Source of the DNA: Candidatus Sabulitectum sp.
GTDB lineage: Bacteria; Fermentibacterota; Fermentibacteria; Fermentibacterales; JCC-6
DNA: 64,000 bases
NCBI GenBank assembly: GCA_023139045.1
Contig: JAGLOJ010000017.1
Location: forward strand, 11,245 to 75,244
Reading direction: 5' to 3'
Below are positions 28,479-38,957 of this stretch, one piece after another (within the stretch, counting starts at the first letter, position 1; the number at the start of each line of letters is the position of its first letter). Below the pieces are notes generated by a model. The model saw only the letters and a list, made by a program, of their open reading frames with translations, ran no database searches and had not been told where the DNA came from. The position numbers and the translations under genes were made by a program.

Positions 28479-29544
28479 TCAGCCATCCAAACAGTGATCT
28501 TCCTGGAGATGGATCCATACTGGAGGAAGATCCCGGAACAAGAGATACTGGGATTCCATGATCAGTAAGTTCTGACATGGTCACAAGGGCGTCTATCCGC
28601 TCACTGAAACCTGCAAGAGCAACGGGAGCATTCTTGATGAGCTTCTGTACTTTTTTCTGGGAGAGCTCAAGCGATTCACACAATATGCTTTGAACTTTTT
28701 CACTATCCTCAGAAGCCACCGGGAAAAGATAAACCAGAACTGTTTTCTGCATATGTACCGGAGGAGTGAGAACAGGCTGTTCAACTGAAATTACTGCGGG
28801 AATTGAAACAAAAGGCACGGTAAACTCAATAACATGCGGACCGGAAAAAACAGATTCGTCAACTGCTTCCTCTTCTGCCGGCGGGGGAATTTTCAACTGA
28901 ACTGAAGGAGGTTGCTGGAAATTAACAATACCCGGCTGAACATCATCATTCTGTTTTCCAGTACTGTAACCGGTATTAGACATCACCGGAGAAGAATCTC
29001 CGCAGGCATCGGAAGGTATGGGTTCTGCTCGTTTTTCCTCTTTGCAGACAGTTGTTTCGCGGGAAGGCGCGGAATAATTCTTTCTGCTGGATACTCCGAT
29101 CAAATCCTGTGGAGACCGAATCTCCACAATTCCTCCAGCTCCCTCAAGAATCCTTTTTATTGACTCTGCTGCGGCCCGGTCTGCATCCAGTTTAAGCGCG
29201 ATAGGAATACGTGCCAGGAATCTTATCACCTCTTCGGTGGGAAGTCGGCTCAGTTTTTGCAGAGCGATTCTGAGTCTGCCCCGACTACCCGGACGATACC
29301 CCATAAGAACAGGAACGCAGACTACCTCATCCCGCTGCATATAAATCTGTATCGAACCGTCATTGGGAAGTTCAGAAGAAAGAGCCTCAGCTCTTTCCCT
29401 GGAAAGACCTGCCTGCAGAAGCATGCCCTGGTGAGAATCAAGCATCCGGCGAACAGAGTCAATTGCCTCCCCGGTTCTAGCATACAGAACAGCTAGAACC
29501 CTGCCTGAAGGGTTGCTCCCCCTTAAAACAATTTTCCAGAACAT
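28456..29544 (-). CDS. Hypothetical protein with three L7/L12-C-terminal-domain-like repeats
   Basis: Start set at MFWKIVLRG to avoid overlapping the LysM gene. Segments such as LKLDADRAAAESIKRILEGAGGIVEI resemble the ribosomal L7/L12 CTD. Weak, by-eye call. Confidence 0.4.
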   Translation of the reverse strand: MFWKIVLRGSNPSGRVLAVLYARTGEAIDSVRRMLDSHQGMLLQAGLSRERAEALSSELPNDGSIQIYMQRDEVVCVPVLMGYRPGSRGRLRIALQKLSRLPTEEVIRFLARIPIALKLDADRAAAESIKRILEGAGGIVEIRSPQDLIGVSSRKNYSAPSRETTVCKEEKRAEPIPSDACGDSSPVMSNTGYSTGKQNDDVQPGIVNFQQPPSVQLKIPPPAEEEAVDESVFSGPHVIEFTVPFVSIPAVISVEQPVLTPPVHMQKTVLVYLFPVASEDSEKVQSILCESLELSQKKVQKLIKNAPVALAGFSERIDALVTMSELTDHGIPVSLVPGSSSSMDPSPGRSLFGWLNGHGRTP

Positions 29545-29566
29545 CCCGGTAACCTTAACCTCAGCC

Positions 29567-30571
29567 TTAATCGACCTGACTTCGACTGAGATACAGTTTG
29601 TCTCCCAACTCAATCAGGTTTGCAGTTCTGGTGCTCACTATCAAAGCAGCACAGCTCCTTGCCTCTGCGGTAAGAACTACCACATCGGCAATGGGGATTT
29701 CCGCAGTGTAAACCAACTGGTCATTAGCATCCTCCACCTGTTCACTGGCAGAGTAGGCGGTAAATACATCTCCGGGAGTGATTCCCTGAGAACTGCCGGC
29801 ACTTAGATAAATAACATCATAGGTGTAAGCGCAATTTCTATCGGGATCTCTAAAACCAAGTACCCAGAGCAGACCTCTGTCAACTCCAGGTTCGTTCTGG
29901 ATCCAAATGTCACCTGCAGCCTGGTAGGGTACAAGGCAGTCACCCTCTGCAATGAGAAGATAACCGTGCTGTACTTTGGCAATTGACGTAGAGGGTGTAA
30001 TGCTCTCGACCTGACAAACTCCGGCCACTCTGATAACATGCCCCTTGTCACCGGTTTCGGGGTCTTCAATTTCCTCACACTTGCGAAGGATGTGGTAAAC
30101 TTTGCCAACCTCAACACCCTGATCCGCACCAAAATCAAGCTCCAGTAAATCACCGGGAAGTGCGGTAAGATGTCTGTAAATGCCCTCTTCTTCCGCATTT
30201 GTAGCAAGGACATATCCCAATGGATTCAAAGCAGAATAGCTGATAAATCCAGCCGATTCTCTTTGTATACGAGAAAGGATGGGCTCACTGGATCTGATCA
30301 AAACCGCCCCGGCAGGTATTTCAGTCACATATCTTGTAGAACCGGATACCGAGGTCACTCCAGTAACATCAGGAATTCGAAGTACCATTCCCGGAACCAG
30401 GTACTCGGCACCCCTCAGGTCAGGATTGGCTTCAAGAATATCTACCCATTTCTCCCACGTACCGTAATAATGTACGGAAATATCAGAGAGAGTATCACCA
30501 TAACCAACAACATACTCACTTGCAACCGATGCAGTTGCAAGTAAGGCAAACAAAAGAGTAACACGCTTCAT
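29567..30571 (-). CDS. Secreted LysM domain protein
   Basis: Signal peptide MKRVTLLFALLATASVA, then LysM motif YVVGYGDTLSDISVHYYGTWEKWVDILEANPDL...LVPGMVLRIP. Confidence 0.7.
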   Translation of the reverse strand: MKRVTLLFALLATASVASEYVVGYGDTLSDISVHYYGTWEKWVDILEANPDLRGAEYLVPGMVLRIPDVTGVTSVSGSTRYVTEIPAGAVLIRSSEPILSRIQRESAGFISYSALNPLGYVLATNAEEEGIYRHLTALPGDLLELDFGADQGVEVGKVYHILRKCEEIEDPETGDKGHVIRVAGVCQVESITPSTSIAKVQHGYLLIAEGDCLVPYQAAGDIWIQNEPGVDRGLLWVLGFRDPDRNCAYTYDVIYLSAGSSQGITPGDVFTAYSASEQVEDANDQLVYTAEIPIADVVVLTAEARSCAALIVSTRTANLIELGDKLYLSRSQVD

Positions 30572-30667
30572 CAGCTAACCTCCAGCTCTTTAGCAGTAAT
30601 TAATTCTCCAATATCATAACTTCATAAATTCTAAACTAAGAGCCATGGGTAAGTCAACCTGCTTGTT

Positions 30668-31387
30668 TTACCTGCCGGCAGGATAAAAGACAACTGTACC
30701 CGCTCGGTTACCGGATGAACCAGCATTTACTGTTACTGTATAAACCCCTCTAGACCCTGAACTGCCTTCCAGAGGCACGTTAACAGCAAGCAACAGTGTT
30801 CCGGCATCTGGCGATTCGCCAACCCAGCTGCAGCCAGCCGCGACAGGCTGACCGCCTTCTCCTACTTGAAATACAAGCTGACCCGAAGTTGCCCCGGGGA
30901 CCAGAGAGACTGAGGAAGAAAATTTCTCCTGCCCTTGTGGAGTGGCAGTACCGGTCTCCGTAACAACTGTTCCTGTGCCGCGAAGGGAAAATATTTCTCC
31001 CTGTTCCAGTAAAATACCTGTATCCTGCCATCCCAGAGAAGCATCAACGGTGAATGTTTCCTGATGAACATCGGAGTTTCCCCATACAATCATTAAAACA
31101 GAATCCTCTGGAACAGAACAGGAATCTGATCTGAAAACCCCACCGGAAGCTGTTATCTCACCGGCAAAAGTACTTCCGTCAAGGCACCAGACAAGTCCAT
31201 GGTCAGGTACATCAATCGTTCCACCTGCAAAAACAGCTTTTCCATATTCAATCGTTTGAAGCTCGCCGGTTAAAACTGTTCCGTCTGCAGCTACCAGAAC
31301 ATCAACCGGTTTGTCAGCGCATGCAACAGAAATGAGAAGAACTGAGACTGCAATCAAAATTGAATGTATTTTTGTCATGCTAGTCAC
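30668..31387 (-). CDS. Lipoprotein, possible PA-IL/LecA-like beta-sandwich domain
   Basis: Lipobox LLISVACA. The C-terminal half (GWQDTGILLEQGEIFSLRGTGTV...GTLLLAVNV) resembles LecA-type lectin folds. Low-confidence functional call. Confidence 0.45.
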   Translation of the reverse strand: MTSMTKIHSILIAVSVLLISVACADKPVDVLVAADGTVLTGELQTIEYGKAVFAGGTIDVPDHGLVWCLDGSTFAGEITASGGVFRSDSCSVPEDSVLMIVWGNSDVHQETFTVDASLGWQDTGILLEQGEIFSLRGTGTVVTETGTATPQGQEKFSSSVSLVPGATSGQLVFQVGEGGQPVAAGCSWVGESPDAGTLLLAVNVPLEGSSGSRGVYTVTVNAGSSGNRAGTVVFYPAGR

Positions 31388-33674
31388 CCCATATGATTAA
31401 GTGATTCATTGCCTGACCAATCTCAGAAATGGGTACAAACTTCACTGCATTTCTCTGTGCTTCCGGAACATCTTCAAGATCTCTCATGTTCTCCACTGGA
31501 AGCAAAATCGTTTCAATGCCCGCAGCAAGAGCTCCGAGAACCTTTTCCTTAACACCTCCAACGGGAAGAACAGCCCCCCGAAGAGTTATCTCGCCGGTGA
31601 CAGCAGTTCTGTTCTGAATCGGTTTTTCGCAGCAGGCGCTGAGAATTGAAGCAGTTATTGCTACTCCGGCGGAAGGTCCATCCTTGGGTGTCGCACCGGC
31701 AGGAACATGAATATGTATGTCAAATTCAGCAGGATTGTTTCGCAGATCTCTCCTGTTTGATCTAATCCAGCTCAGTGCAGCCTGGGCGGATTCCTTCATG
31801 ACATCACCAAGCTGACCTGTGAGAATAAGTTTGCCGTTACCCGGGAGCAGAAGGGTCTCTATCATCAGGATCTCGCCTCCAACGGCAGTCCATGCAAGTC
31901 CGGTTGCAACTCCAACTGAAGGTTCAGGAAGACTCGATTCCCTGGTATACTTCCAGGAGCCAAGATAATCAGGAACGTTTTTTTCTGTAACAATTACCAG
32001 CGTCTGTATACCGCCCGCCACTTCTACTGCATGCTTGCGGCATATGGCACCAATTGAACGCTCAAGCCCTCTTACGCCTGCTTCCCGAGTGTATCGCTTT
32101 ACAATGCACCGGAGACCGCTTTCCCGGAATCGTATAAGTTTACCGGAAAGACCCGTTCTGTCGACCTGTCTTTTCACCAGATATCTCCGGGCAATCTCAT
32201 ATTTGTCATCCTCTGTGTATCCTGGAATACGGATGATCTCCATCCTGTCCAGCAGGGGGCCTGGAATTGTGTCCAGCGTATTTGCTGTTGTGATAAACTT
32301 TACGGCACTAAGATCGAATGGTGTATTCAGGTAGTTGTCTCTGAATGAAAAATTCTGCTCAGGGTCAAGCACCTCCAGCAGAGCTGAGGTTGGATCACCC
32401 CTGAAATCTCTTCCTATTTTGTCTATCTCATCCAGCATGAATACCGGATTGGATGTCCCGGCTTCCTTCAAACCCTGAAGAATTCTTCCAGGCATTGCTC
32501 CTATGTAGGTCTTCCTATGGCCCCGGATTTCCGCTTCATCGTGAACTCCTCCGAGGCTCAGTCTGATAAATTTTCTTCCAAGAGCCCTGGCAATGGACCT
32601 GCCCATACTGGTTTTGCCAACACCTGGAGGTCCCACAAAACAGATAATAGGTGCCTTGCCGGTTGGATTGAGTTTTCGCACAGCAAGGAACTCCAGAACT
32701 CTATCCTTGACATCCCTGAGGTCGTAATGATCCTCGTTAAGAATTCTTCCAGCCTCATCAATCTCAAGGCGATCTACGGTTCTGTCCATCCATGGCAACT
32801 GAAGAATCCACTCAATGTAGGTTCTGGCAACTCCTGCTTCAGGAGAGCCGGGGTGAAGCTTTGAGAGGCGTTTCAGTTCCTCTTCAGCAGCATCCGCAGC
32901 AGATTTCGGTAACTCTTTCTTTGCCAGTTTTTCAGAAAGCTCAACAAAATCAGGATTAACCGATGCTCCACCGAGTTCTTTCTGTATAACCTTCATTTTT
33001 TCCTTGAGGTAATACTCTTTCTGATCCTGCTCCATCTCCATCCGGACCTGACCTTCAATGTGTTCTCGAAGCTTCAGTCTCTGAATCTCATAGTTCATCA
33101 TTGATCTGAGCAATCGGAACCTGAGGATAATATTGTTCTCCTCGAGAAATATCTGCTTTCTGAATATCGGTGCCTCCAAACCACTGGCAGCAACAAAACC
33201 CAGTCGTTCCGGATCACGGAGAAGTGTAATAAGCTGAAGCTCATCCGGTATTCCCGGAGTGAGTTCCATTATCTTTCGCAATTGTACTTCGATAGACCTG
33301 CGCCAGGCTTCAAGTTCATCAACATTATTCGGGTAGGTAGTGCTGAGTCTCTCGACCCTGGCACTGACAACATTGTCAATTTCCAGATCCTCTATGATCC
33401 TGAATCGGTACAACCCTTTAAGGGTTACTCTAACCACATCCCCCGGGAATCGATACAATTTCATTATACCGGCTGCAGTACCCACAGAATACCGCTCACC
33501 GGCTGGAGACTCAGCCACAACTCCGATGATCTTATCTCCATTCACTGCGTGATCTATCATGGTAATCATATCCGGGTCAGTTACTGTGAGTGGCAAAACC
33601 GTATAGGGCATGAGAATGCCCTGGCTGAACAGATGAATCGGTATGATTTCGGGTATATCCCCACTTCTTGTCAT
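31380..33674 (-). CDS. lon: ATP-dependent Lon protease
   Basis: LON N-domain, AAA+ Walker A GPPGVGKTS and proteolytic site PKDGPSAGVAI. Confidence 0.95.
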   Translation of the reverse strand: MTRSGDIPEIIPIHLFSQGILMPYTVLPLTVTDPDMITMIDHAVNGDKIIGVVAESPAGERYSVGTAAGIMKLYRFPGDVVRVTLKGLYRFRIIEDLEIDNVVSARVERLSTTYPNNVDELEAWRRSIEVQLRKIMELTPGIPDELQLITLLRDPERLGFVAASGLEAPIFRKQIFLEENNIILRFRLLRSMMNYEIQRLKLREHIEGQVRMEMEQDQKEYYLKEKMKVIQKELGGASVNPDFVELSEKLAKKELPKSAADAAEEELKRLSKLHPGSPEAGVARTYIEWILQLPWMDRTVDRLEIDEAGRILNEDHYDLRDVKDRVLEFLAVRKLNPTGKAPIICFVGPPGVGKTSMGRSIARALGRKFIRLSLGGVHDEAEIRGHRKTYIGAMPGRILQGLKEAGTSNPVFMLDEIDKIGRDFRGDPTSALLEVLDPEQNFSFRDNYLNTPFDLSAVKFITTANTLDTIPGPLLDRMEIIRIPGYTEDDKYEIARRYLVKRQVDRTGLSGKLIRFRESGLRCIVKRYTREAGVRGLERSIGAICRKHAVEVAGGIQTLVIVTEKNVPDYLGSWKYTRESSLPEPSVGVATGLAWTAVGGEILMIETLLLPGNGKLILTGQLGDVMKESAQAALSWIRSNRRDLRNNPAEFDIHIHVPAGATPKDGPSAGVAITASILSACCEKPIQNRTAVTGEITLRGAVLPVGGVKEKVLGALAAGIETILLPVENMRDLEDVPEAQRNAVKFVPISEIGQAMNHLIIWGD

Positions 33675-34024
33675 ATATTTTTGTTTCCCTCGGACTGTAC
33701 AGGTACAACAACTTTCACTGACTTTTGTCTCACAAGCCTGATGTAAAGCACACCGGACTTCAGTTCAGCGGAAACACTTGTTGTATCCACCCTGTATGGA
33801 AGGTGAATCTCCCTTTGAAACCTGCCTGTTTGAATTTCGATAGCCAGTGCTGTTGCGCCCTGACTGGGCATTTTTCTCACTCCCCATACTTTTACAACAA
33901 GGGGAGTAACCTCCAGCTCAATATCTTCACGTTGAACCCCCGGCATCTCCACAAAGACATCAAACCCGTCAGCAGTCCCGTAAACATCAGCATGGAGAAT
34001 CCAGTTGTCTGTGTTTCTGTACAT
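33671..34024 (-). CDS. Hsp20/alpha-crystallin family small heat-shock protein
   Basis: 117 aa with an ACD pattern (FDVFVEMPGVQREDIELEV...REIHLP..VD...V.AELKSGVLYI). 4-nt overlap with lon. Confidence 0.8.
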   Translation of the reverse strand: MYRNTDNWILHADVYGTADGFDVFVEMPGVQREDIELEVTPLVVKVWGVRKMPSQGATALAIEIQTGRFQREIHLPYRVDTTSVSAELKSGVLYIRLVRQKSVKVVVPVQSEGNKNI

Positions 34025-34025
34025 A

Positions 34026-36230
34026 CTAATCTACATCGAAACGAACTTGAACCCGGGTCGTTATCTCAATGGGGGCTCCACCCTGTGAAGCAGGATTAAA
34101 CACCCACTGGCTCACAGCAGCTTCCGCTGCGGCTCCGCATCCCAACCCAAGTTCATCGTTCACAATTGTGACATCAAGTACCGATCCGTCAGTTCCCACA
34201 AGAACATCCAGCGTAACATAACCGTGAACATCACCCATATCACTGGCAAGACCAGGTACCTGAGGTCCAACCTGTGAAATGGGGAACGGAGGTATCACCG
34301 GCTGCTCCTCTACGATCTCCTCGGGCTGGTCAGGTTGAGCTTCTGCAGCAGTATACCTTACACTTGCATCTTCACCTGCGGTGATAGTAACAGTGCTTGT
34401 CTGATCTTCATAGTCAGGGCTGGTGAGCAGTACCGTGTGTGAACCTTCTTCCAGCTCGATGGGTGCCATGGGCGTCTGACCCATACCAACACCGTCAATT
34501 GTCACATTGGCCCAGGGTTCCGGTGCAATGAGAAGCCTGCCTGTAGTGACTATTTCAACTGGAGACACTGTTGCACTGTACCCACCGGAATCCAGTGTAA
34601 CAGTTCTTGCCCAACTTTCGTGGTTCTCCACTTCCACCCGAAGTAAATATGTACCGAATGGAAGAACTTCGCTGATTCGGCGAACACCTGCACCAACTCT
34701 GTTGCCATCAATGAAGAATAAAGCAGAGCCTGGAATGTCTCCGGCAAGGGCGAGAGTTACCTGTGACTCCTCCTGGGAATACAGCGTAAGAGATATCTGA
34801 AGTGCTTCAGCAGAGTAATCCACAAGGATTGATTCCGGAAGGGAGTTAAAACCCTCCAGAACTGCCTGGAAAACATGGACACCGGTGAGAAGATCTATTG
34901 AGTTCTCTGATTCCGCACCATCAACAAGCCAGGCAACTTCACCGTCGTCGACTCCGACAGCCTGCAAGACAACCTGTACAGTGCTGGTTCCAATTGAATC
35001 AAGAGTTATGGAGAGAGTTGATTTCTCACCACTCTCAAAAAGTACATCTTCTCTGTAGGTCTCGAATCCTGACGAGCGTACTTCAATTGTTCGAACGCCC
35101 TCCGAGGTACCTTCAATGAGGAAGGAACCGTCCAGAAGAACGTTCACTGCCTCGCCGTCAACCGCTACCGAGTAGGTTTCAACACCATCCACGGTATAAG
35201 ATACACTGTATGGATGTAAAACTTCATCTTCCTCCACCGGGACAGCTTCAGGTTCTCCGGCAAATGGCTTAACAACCACAAACACAACAATCAGTATTAT
35301 TGCAACCAGAACAGCAGCAATAAGTGCTACCGGTTTTTTCTTCTCGGGTGTTTCTTTCAGTTCATCAGCCTTGGCAACAGGGGCAACTGCCGGCTTCCCG
35401 CTCTTCTTTCCTGAAAGCTTTTCAAGCCTGCTCAACAGTTCTTTTATGGTTTTGTTCTCCGGATGGCTTTTTCTGGCTTTCGTTGCTTCTGTAAGGGCAC
35501 TGGAAAAATCACTTCGTGATATTTTTCCTCTTATGGAGATAATTGCAGCGTCTGCAGGAGATGTTTTCTCCTTCTCCGGAACAGGGGCTGTACCCTCTTC
35601 AGCTTCGACAACATCCTCAAGCTCAATATCTTCAATATCCTCAATTTCCTCGACATGCTCATCAGCTTCAGCGGGTTTGAATTCCTCAAGCTTGTCAAGA
35701 AGATCTGACAGAACTGGTGCTCCGGGCCATGTTTTGAAAATCGCCCTGGCATTTTTTGTGGCAGTAACAGGATCTCCTTCATGAAGTTTGGCAAGTGCCA
35801 GATCATATAGATTATCTGTTTTTATCTGCCGTCTCACTACGATAATTTTGCGACGAACAAGCTTGTTATCAGGATCATGTCGCCTGGCTCGTTCCAGTTC
35901 CTGAAGAGCACGAACTTCATCACCCTGCCTGAATGCATCCTCGGATCGTGCAATACACTCTTCCACGAAGTCACCGGAGCTGACTGATTTCCCGGTTTTG
36001 TGTGTTCGGGAGTTCCGGGTTTTTCTGAAGTTGCGCATTGCGGCAATTTCCCGTTCAATTTCCGAGATTCTTTTCTTCACAGACCCGTTGCCCGAGTCAA
36101 TATCAAGAACTTTGTGTAATTCGGTAAGCGCTTTCTGCCTCTCGCCCTTCTGGACAAGTTCCTCGGCAGAATTGATAAGTCGCTGAATCCTAGCATTCTC
36201 GCTTGCTGCCATGCCCCCCCCAGTGACCAC
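34026..36230 (-). CDS. TPR / single-TM / PEGA-repeat protein with TonB C-terminal domain
   Basis: N-terminal TPR-like helices, TM (VALIAAVLVAIILIVVFVVV), repeated PEGA-like beta domains and a TonB_C-like end (GYVTLDVLVGTDGSVLDVTIV..AAVSQWVFNPA). The start is ambiguous: GTG 36230 or ATG 36213, which lies immediately after a G8 tract. Confidence 0.7.
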   Translation of the reverse strand: MVTGGGMAASENARIQRLINSAEELVQKGERQKALTELHKVLDIDSGNGSVKKRISEIEREIAAMRNFRKTRNSRTHKTGKSVSSGDFVEECIARSEDAFRQGDEVRALQELERARRHDPDNKLVRRKIIVVRRQIKTDNLYDLALAKLHEGDPVTATKNARAIFKTWPGAPVLSDLLDKLEEFKPAEADEHVEEIEDIEDIELEDVVEAEEGTAPVPEKEKTSPADAAIISIRGKISRSDFSSALTEATKARKSHPENKTIKELLSRLEKLSGKKSGKPAVAPVAKADELKETPEKKKPVALIAAVLVAIILIVVFVVVKPFAGEPEAVPVEEDEVLHPYSVSYTVDGVETYSVAVDGEAVNVLLDGSFLIEGTSEGVRTIEVRSSGFETYREDVLFESGEKSTLSITLDSIGTSTVQVVLQAVGVDDGEVAWLVDGAESENSIDLLTGVHVFQAVLEGFNSLPESILVDYSAEALQISLTLYSQEESQVTLALAGDIPGSALFFIDGNRVGAGVRRISEVLPFGTYLLRVEVENHESWARTVTLDSGGYSATVSPVEIVTTGRLLIAPEPWANVTIDGVGMGQTPMAPIELEEGSHTVLLTSPDYEDQTSTVTITAGEDASVRYTAAEAQPDQPEEIVEEQPVIPPFPISQVGPQVPGLASDMGDVHGYVTLDVLVGTDGSVLDVTIVNDELGLGCGAAAEAAVSQWVFNPASQGGAPIEITTRVQVRFDVD

Positions 36231-36316
36231 TCACGGCCACAAAAAATAATCGTTTGATAATACCCGCACTGCAATACGTAAAAGTAACAGTCTGAGAGGC
36301 GGTGTCAAGCCCCTGC

Positions 36317-38356
36317 TTATACGCCGGGAAGCTCAATGCCGCAGTATCTCCACAACTGGCTTTTCAACAGCAAATGAATTTCTTGTAACTGGATGGGAGG
36401 CATGCTACTAACAGCCCTGAGCAGATGTCCGTCATTTGTCAGGTCAGCAACCTTGAATTTGGGAATTCCGTGCTGAGCTGTTCCCAGCACCTGGCCGGGA
36501 CCCCTGATCGAAAGATCCTTTTCTGCAATTGCAAAGCCGTCTGATGTGGAAGCAAGCAGATTCAGTCTTTCCAGAGAAGTATGAGATGCCTTCTCTCCTG
36601 GAACAAGAAAACACCAGGCATTTCCCCCGCCTCTTCCCACCCTGCCCCGAAGCTGGTGAAGCTGACTCAGACCGAATCGCTCTGCATTGGCAATGACCAT
36701 TACCGTAGCGTCTGGAATATCAATTCCAACTTCTATCACGGTTGTGCTGACAAGAACGGCTATTTCACCTTTTCTGAATTGCTGTGTAATTGCCATTTTT
36801 TTTCCTGGAGGCATGCTGCCATGCAGCAATCCAGTTCCAAATTCAGCCATCGGCCCGTACCGAACAGTTTCATAGGCTGTAGCGGCATCCCGAAGATCAC
36901 TTTGTTCCGAAGCCTCTTTCAGGGGGTAAACAAGGAATATCCTCTCGCCCTGCTGCAGTCTTTCCATCATAAACACGAAAACATCACTTTTTTCTGATCT
37001 ATCAATAACCCGCGTTTCAGTAAATCCTCGACCGGGAGGCATTCTGTCAATAACTGAGATGTCAAGATCACCGTAAAAAGTCATTGCCAGTGTTCGTGGT
37101 ATGGGAGTTGCCGACATCACAAGAGCATGTGGCCTGGGGCTTCTGTTGGTAAGAAGTTTCTCCCTCTGGACAACACCGAAACGGTGCTGCTCATCAATAA
37201 CGAGAAGTGCCAGTTCGTTCAGAGGTACCCAGTCTTCCAGTATGGCATGAGTACCTACAAGGATGGATTGTGGCTTTTCCTGAAGTTTTTCGGCAATCTT
37301 TTTTCTCTCAGAATCGGTTGTACTTCCAGTGAGAAGAAGAACTTCCAGATCGAACCTGCTGCAAAACTCACCCATACTGGCGTAATGCTGAGCAGCAAGT
37401 ACTTCGGTAGGGGCAAGTACGGCAGCCGTTTTTCCTGCCAGAGCGGTAACAACACATGCGAATGCAGCCACCACTGTCTTACCGGAACCGACATCTCCCT
37501 GTATCAACCTCCTCATTGGAGAATGACTCGACATATCAGTACACACATCCAGGCATACGCTCTTCTGAGCCGATGTAAGAGGCCACGGCAGTGTGGACTC
37601 AAAGACTTCAAGAGAAATGGAAGTAAGTGGAATTCCCGGCTCCATACTGCTTTTCTTCCTGACAGCGGTCAGCACGGACCTGTAAAGAAAAAGTTCTTCA
37701 AGAGCCAGTAAATCCCTGGCAGATCCAGCCTCTTCCGGGGAATCAGGGCTGTGGGCAGCTCTAAAGACATCCCACCGTCTGGAGAATCCTGCTGCTTCAA
37801 CAACATCCACAGGCAGGATATCAACCAGTGAATTCTTTACCGCATCAAGGGCCGAGGAGGTCATTTTCCTCATGGCATTCTGCGTCAATCCGGCAGTAAG
37901 ACTGTATATTGGAAGCATTCCAGGTGCATCCACTGCTGCTGCAGCTTCTTCTGAGAAATAGAGTTCGGGATGAACGATGGTGTAGCCCTTGAAAGATTCA
38001 ACAGTGCCGCACGCTACAACTCTCATTCCATTTTGCAGCTTTGATCCGGGAAAGCCTGATCTGAAAAACGTCAGTGTGATGCTGCCGGTTTCATCAGACA
38101 GCACTGCGGAAAGAGATGGCCCTCTTCCACGTTGTCTTCTTGCAATGCTCGTTATCATTCCACTCACTACGGCGTCTGTTCCCCGTCGCAATTCAGCTAT
38201 GGAAATTATTGATCTTCTGTCCAGAAACCTGATAGGAACATGCATAAGCATATCTCCAATAGTTCTGATGGAAAGACGCTCCAGAAGGGCTTTTCTGGCT
38301 ACCCCAACTCCACTCAGACAGCAAATACTCTCATCAGTTCTCAGGCTATTCTCCAA
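36317..38356 (-). CDS. recG: ATP-dependent DNA helicase RecG
   Basis: Wedge domain plus SF2 helicase motifs GDVGSGKT and DEQHRFG, and RGRVGRG. Confidence 0.9.
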   Translation of the reverse strand: MENSLRTDESICCLSGVGVARKALLERLSIRTIGDMLMHVPIRFLDRRSIISIAELRRGTDAVVSGMITSIARRQRGRGPSLSAVLSDETGSITLTFFRSGFPGSKLQNGMRVVACGTVESFKGYTIVHPELYFSEEAAAAVDAPGMLPIYSLTAGLTQNAMRKMTSSALDAVKNSLVDILPVDVVEAAGFSRRWDVFRAAHSPDSPEEAGSARDLLALEELFLYRSVLTAVRKKSSMEPGIPLTSISLEVFESTLPWPLTSAQKSVCLDVCTDMSSHSPMRRLIQGDVGSGKTVVAAFACVVTALAGKTAAVLAPTEVLAAQHYASMGEFCSRFDLEVLLLTGSTTDSERKKIAEKLQEKPQSILVGTHAILEDWVPLNELALLVIDEQHRFGVVQREKLLTNRSPRPHALVMSATPIPRTLAMTFYGDLDISVIDRMPPGRGFTETRVIDRSEKSDVFVFMMERLQQGERIFLVYPLKEASEQSDLRDAATAYETVRYGPMAEFGTGLLHGSMPPGKKMAITQQFRKGEIAVLVSTTVIEVGIDIPDATVMVIANAERFGLSQLHQLRGRVGRGGGNAWCFLVPGEKASHTSLERLNLLASTSDGFAIAEKDLSIRGPGQVLGTAQHGIPKFKVADLTNDGHLLRAVSSMPPIQLQEIHLLLKSQLWRYCGIELPGV

Positions 38357-38432
38357 TCAGGGGTTGACGATGGCTTCCCGAATGTATAATTCAGGCCATA
38401 ATGCAAAGCCACTCAACGGAGGTAAAACCTTG

Positions 38433-38948
38433 ATGAGCGACCTGAAATCCATTCGGATTGAACTGAAAAACAAGATAGCGAACGACAAGGAAGATGTCGA
38501 TGCCAGACTCAGCCTTGCACAAATCTACATGGCGGATAATAATCCCGATGCTGCTTTTCCACTTTATTACGAGATTCTCAACTTTGATCCAGAGAATGCA
38601 GAGGCCTACATGGGACTTGGGCTGGCCTGGGGCTTCTCAATCCTGGAGAACATCCCTGCCGCTGAACTCCATGGAGAAGATGTGGATGAGGAAGAACTGC
38701 TGATAAAATCCATTGAATATCTTGAACGTTCCATAGAACTTGATCCGGAAACAACAACCTCACTCAATGCCCTTGCTCGACTTTACATAGTTAGAAGTCT
38801 CGAGGATGAAGCAATTGATATGTTCAAGCAGTCTCTACTGATCGACCAGGCACAGCACGATGTTCTTGAGGAGCTTCAAAAACTCACCGGAACGCCAGTC
38901 TGGAAGCTTCTGGAGAAAGATGTGTACATGGGAGACCTGGAGGAGTAG
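38433..38948 (+). CDS. Small TPR-repeat protein
   Basis: ATG 38433 is preceded by GGAGG at ~9 nt. TPR-like repeats (AAFPLYYEILNFDPENAEAYMGLGLAW). The 5' part of track ORF 37989..38948 lies antisense inside recG and is discarded. Confidence 0.6.
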   Translation: MSDLKSIRIELKNKIANDKEDVDARLSLAQIYMADNNPDAAFPLYYEILNFDPENAEAYMGLGLAWGFSILENIPAAELHGEDVDEEELLIKSIEYLERSIELDPETTTSLNALARLYIVRSLEDEAIDMFKQSLLIDQAQHDVLEELQKLTGTPVWKLLEKDVYMGDLEE

Positions 38949-38957
38949 ACAATAAGT

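Noticed and set aside
37989-38432. 5' extension of the plus-strand TPR ORF (track ORF 37989..38948).
   Set aside because: The extension lies antisense within recG. A strong GGAGG-ATG start at 38433 just past the recG start gives a clean TPR protein.
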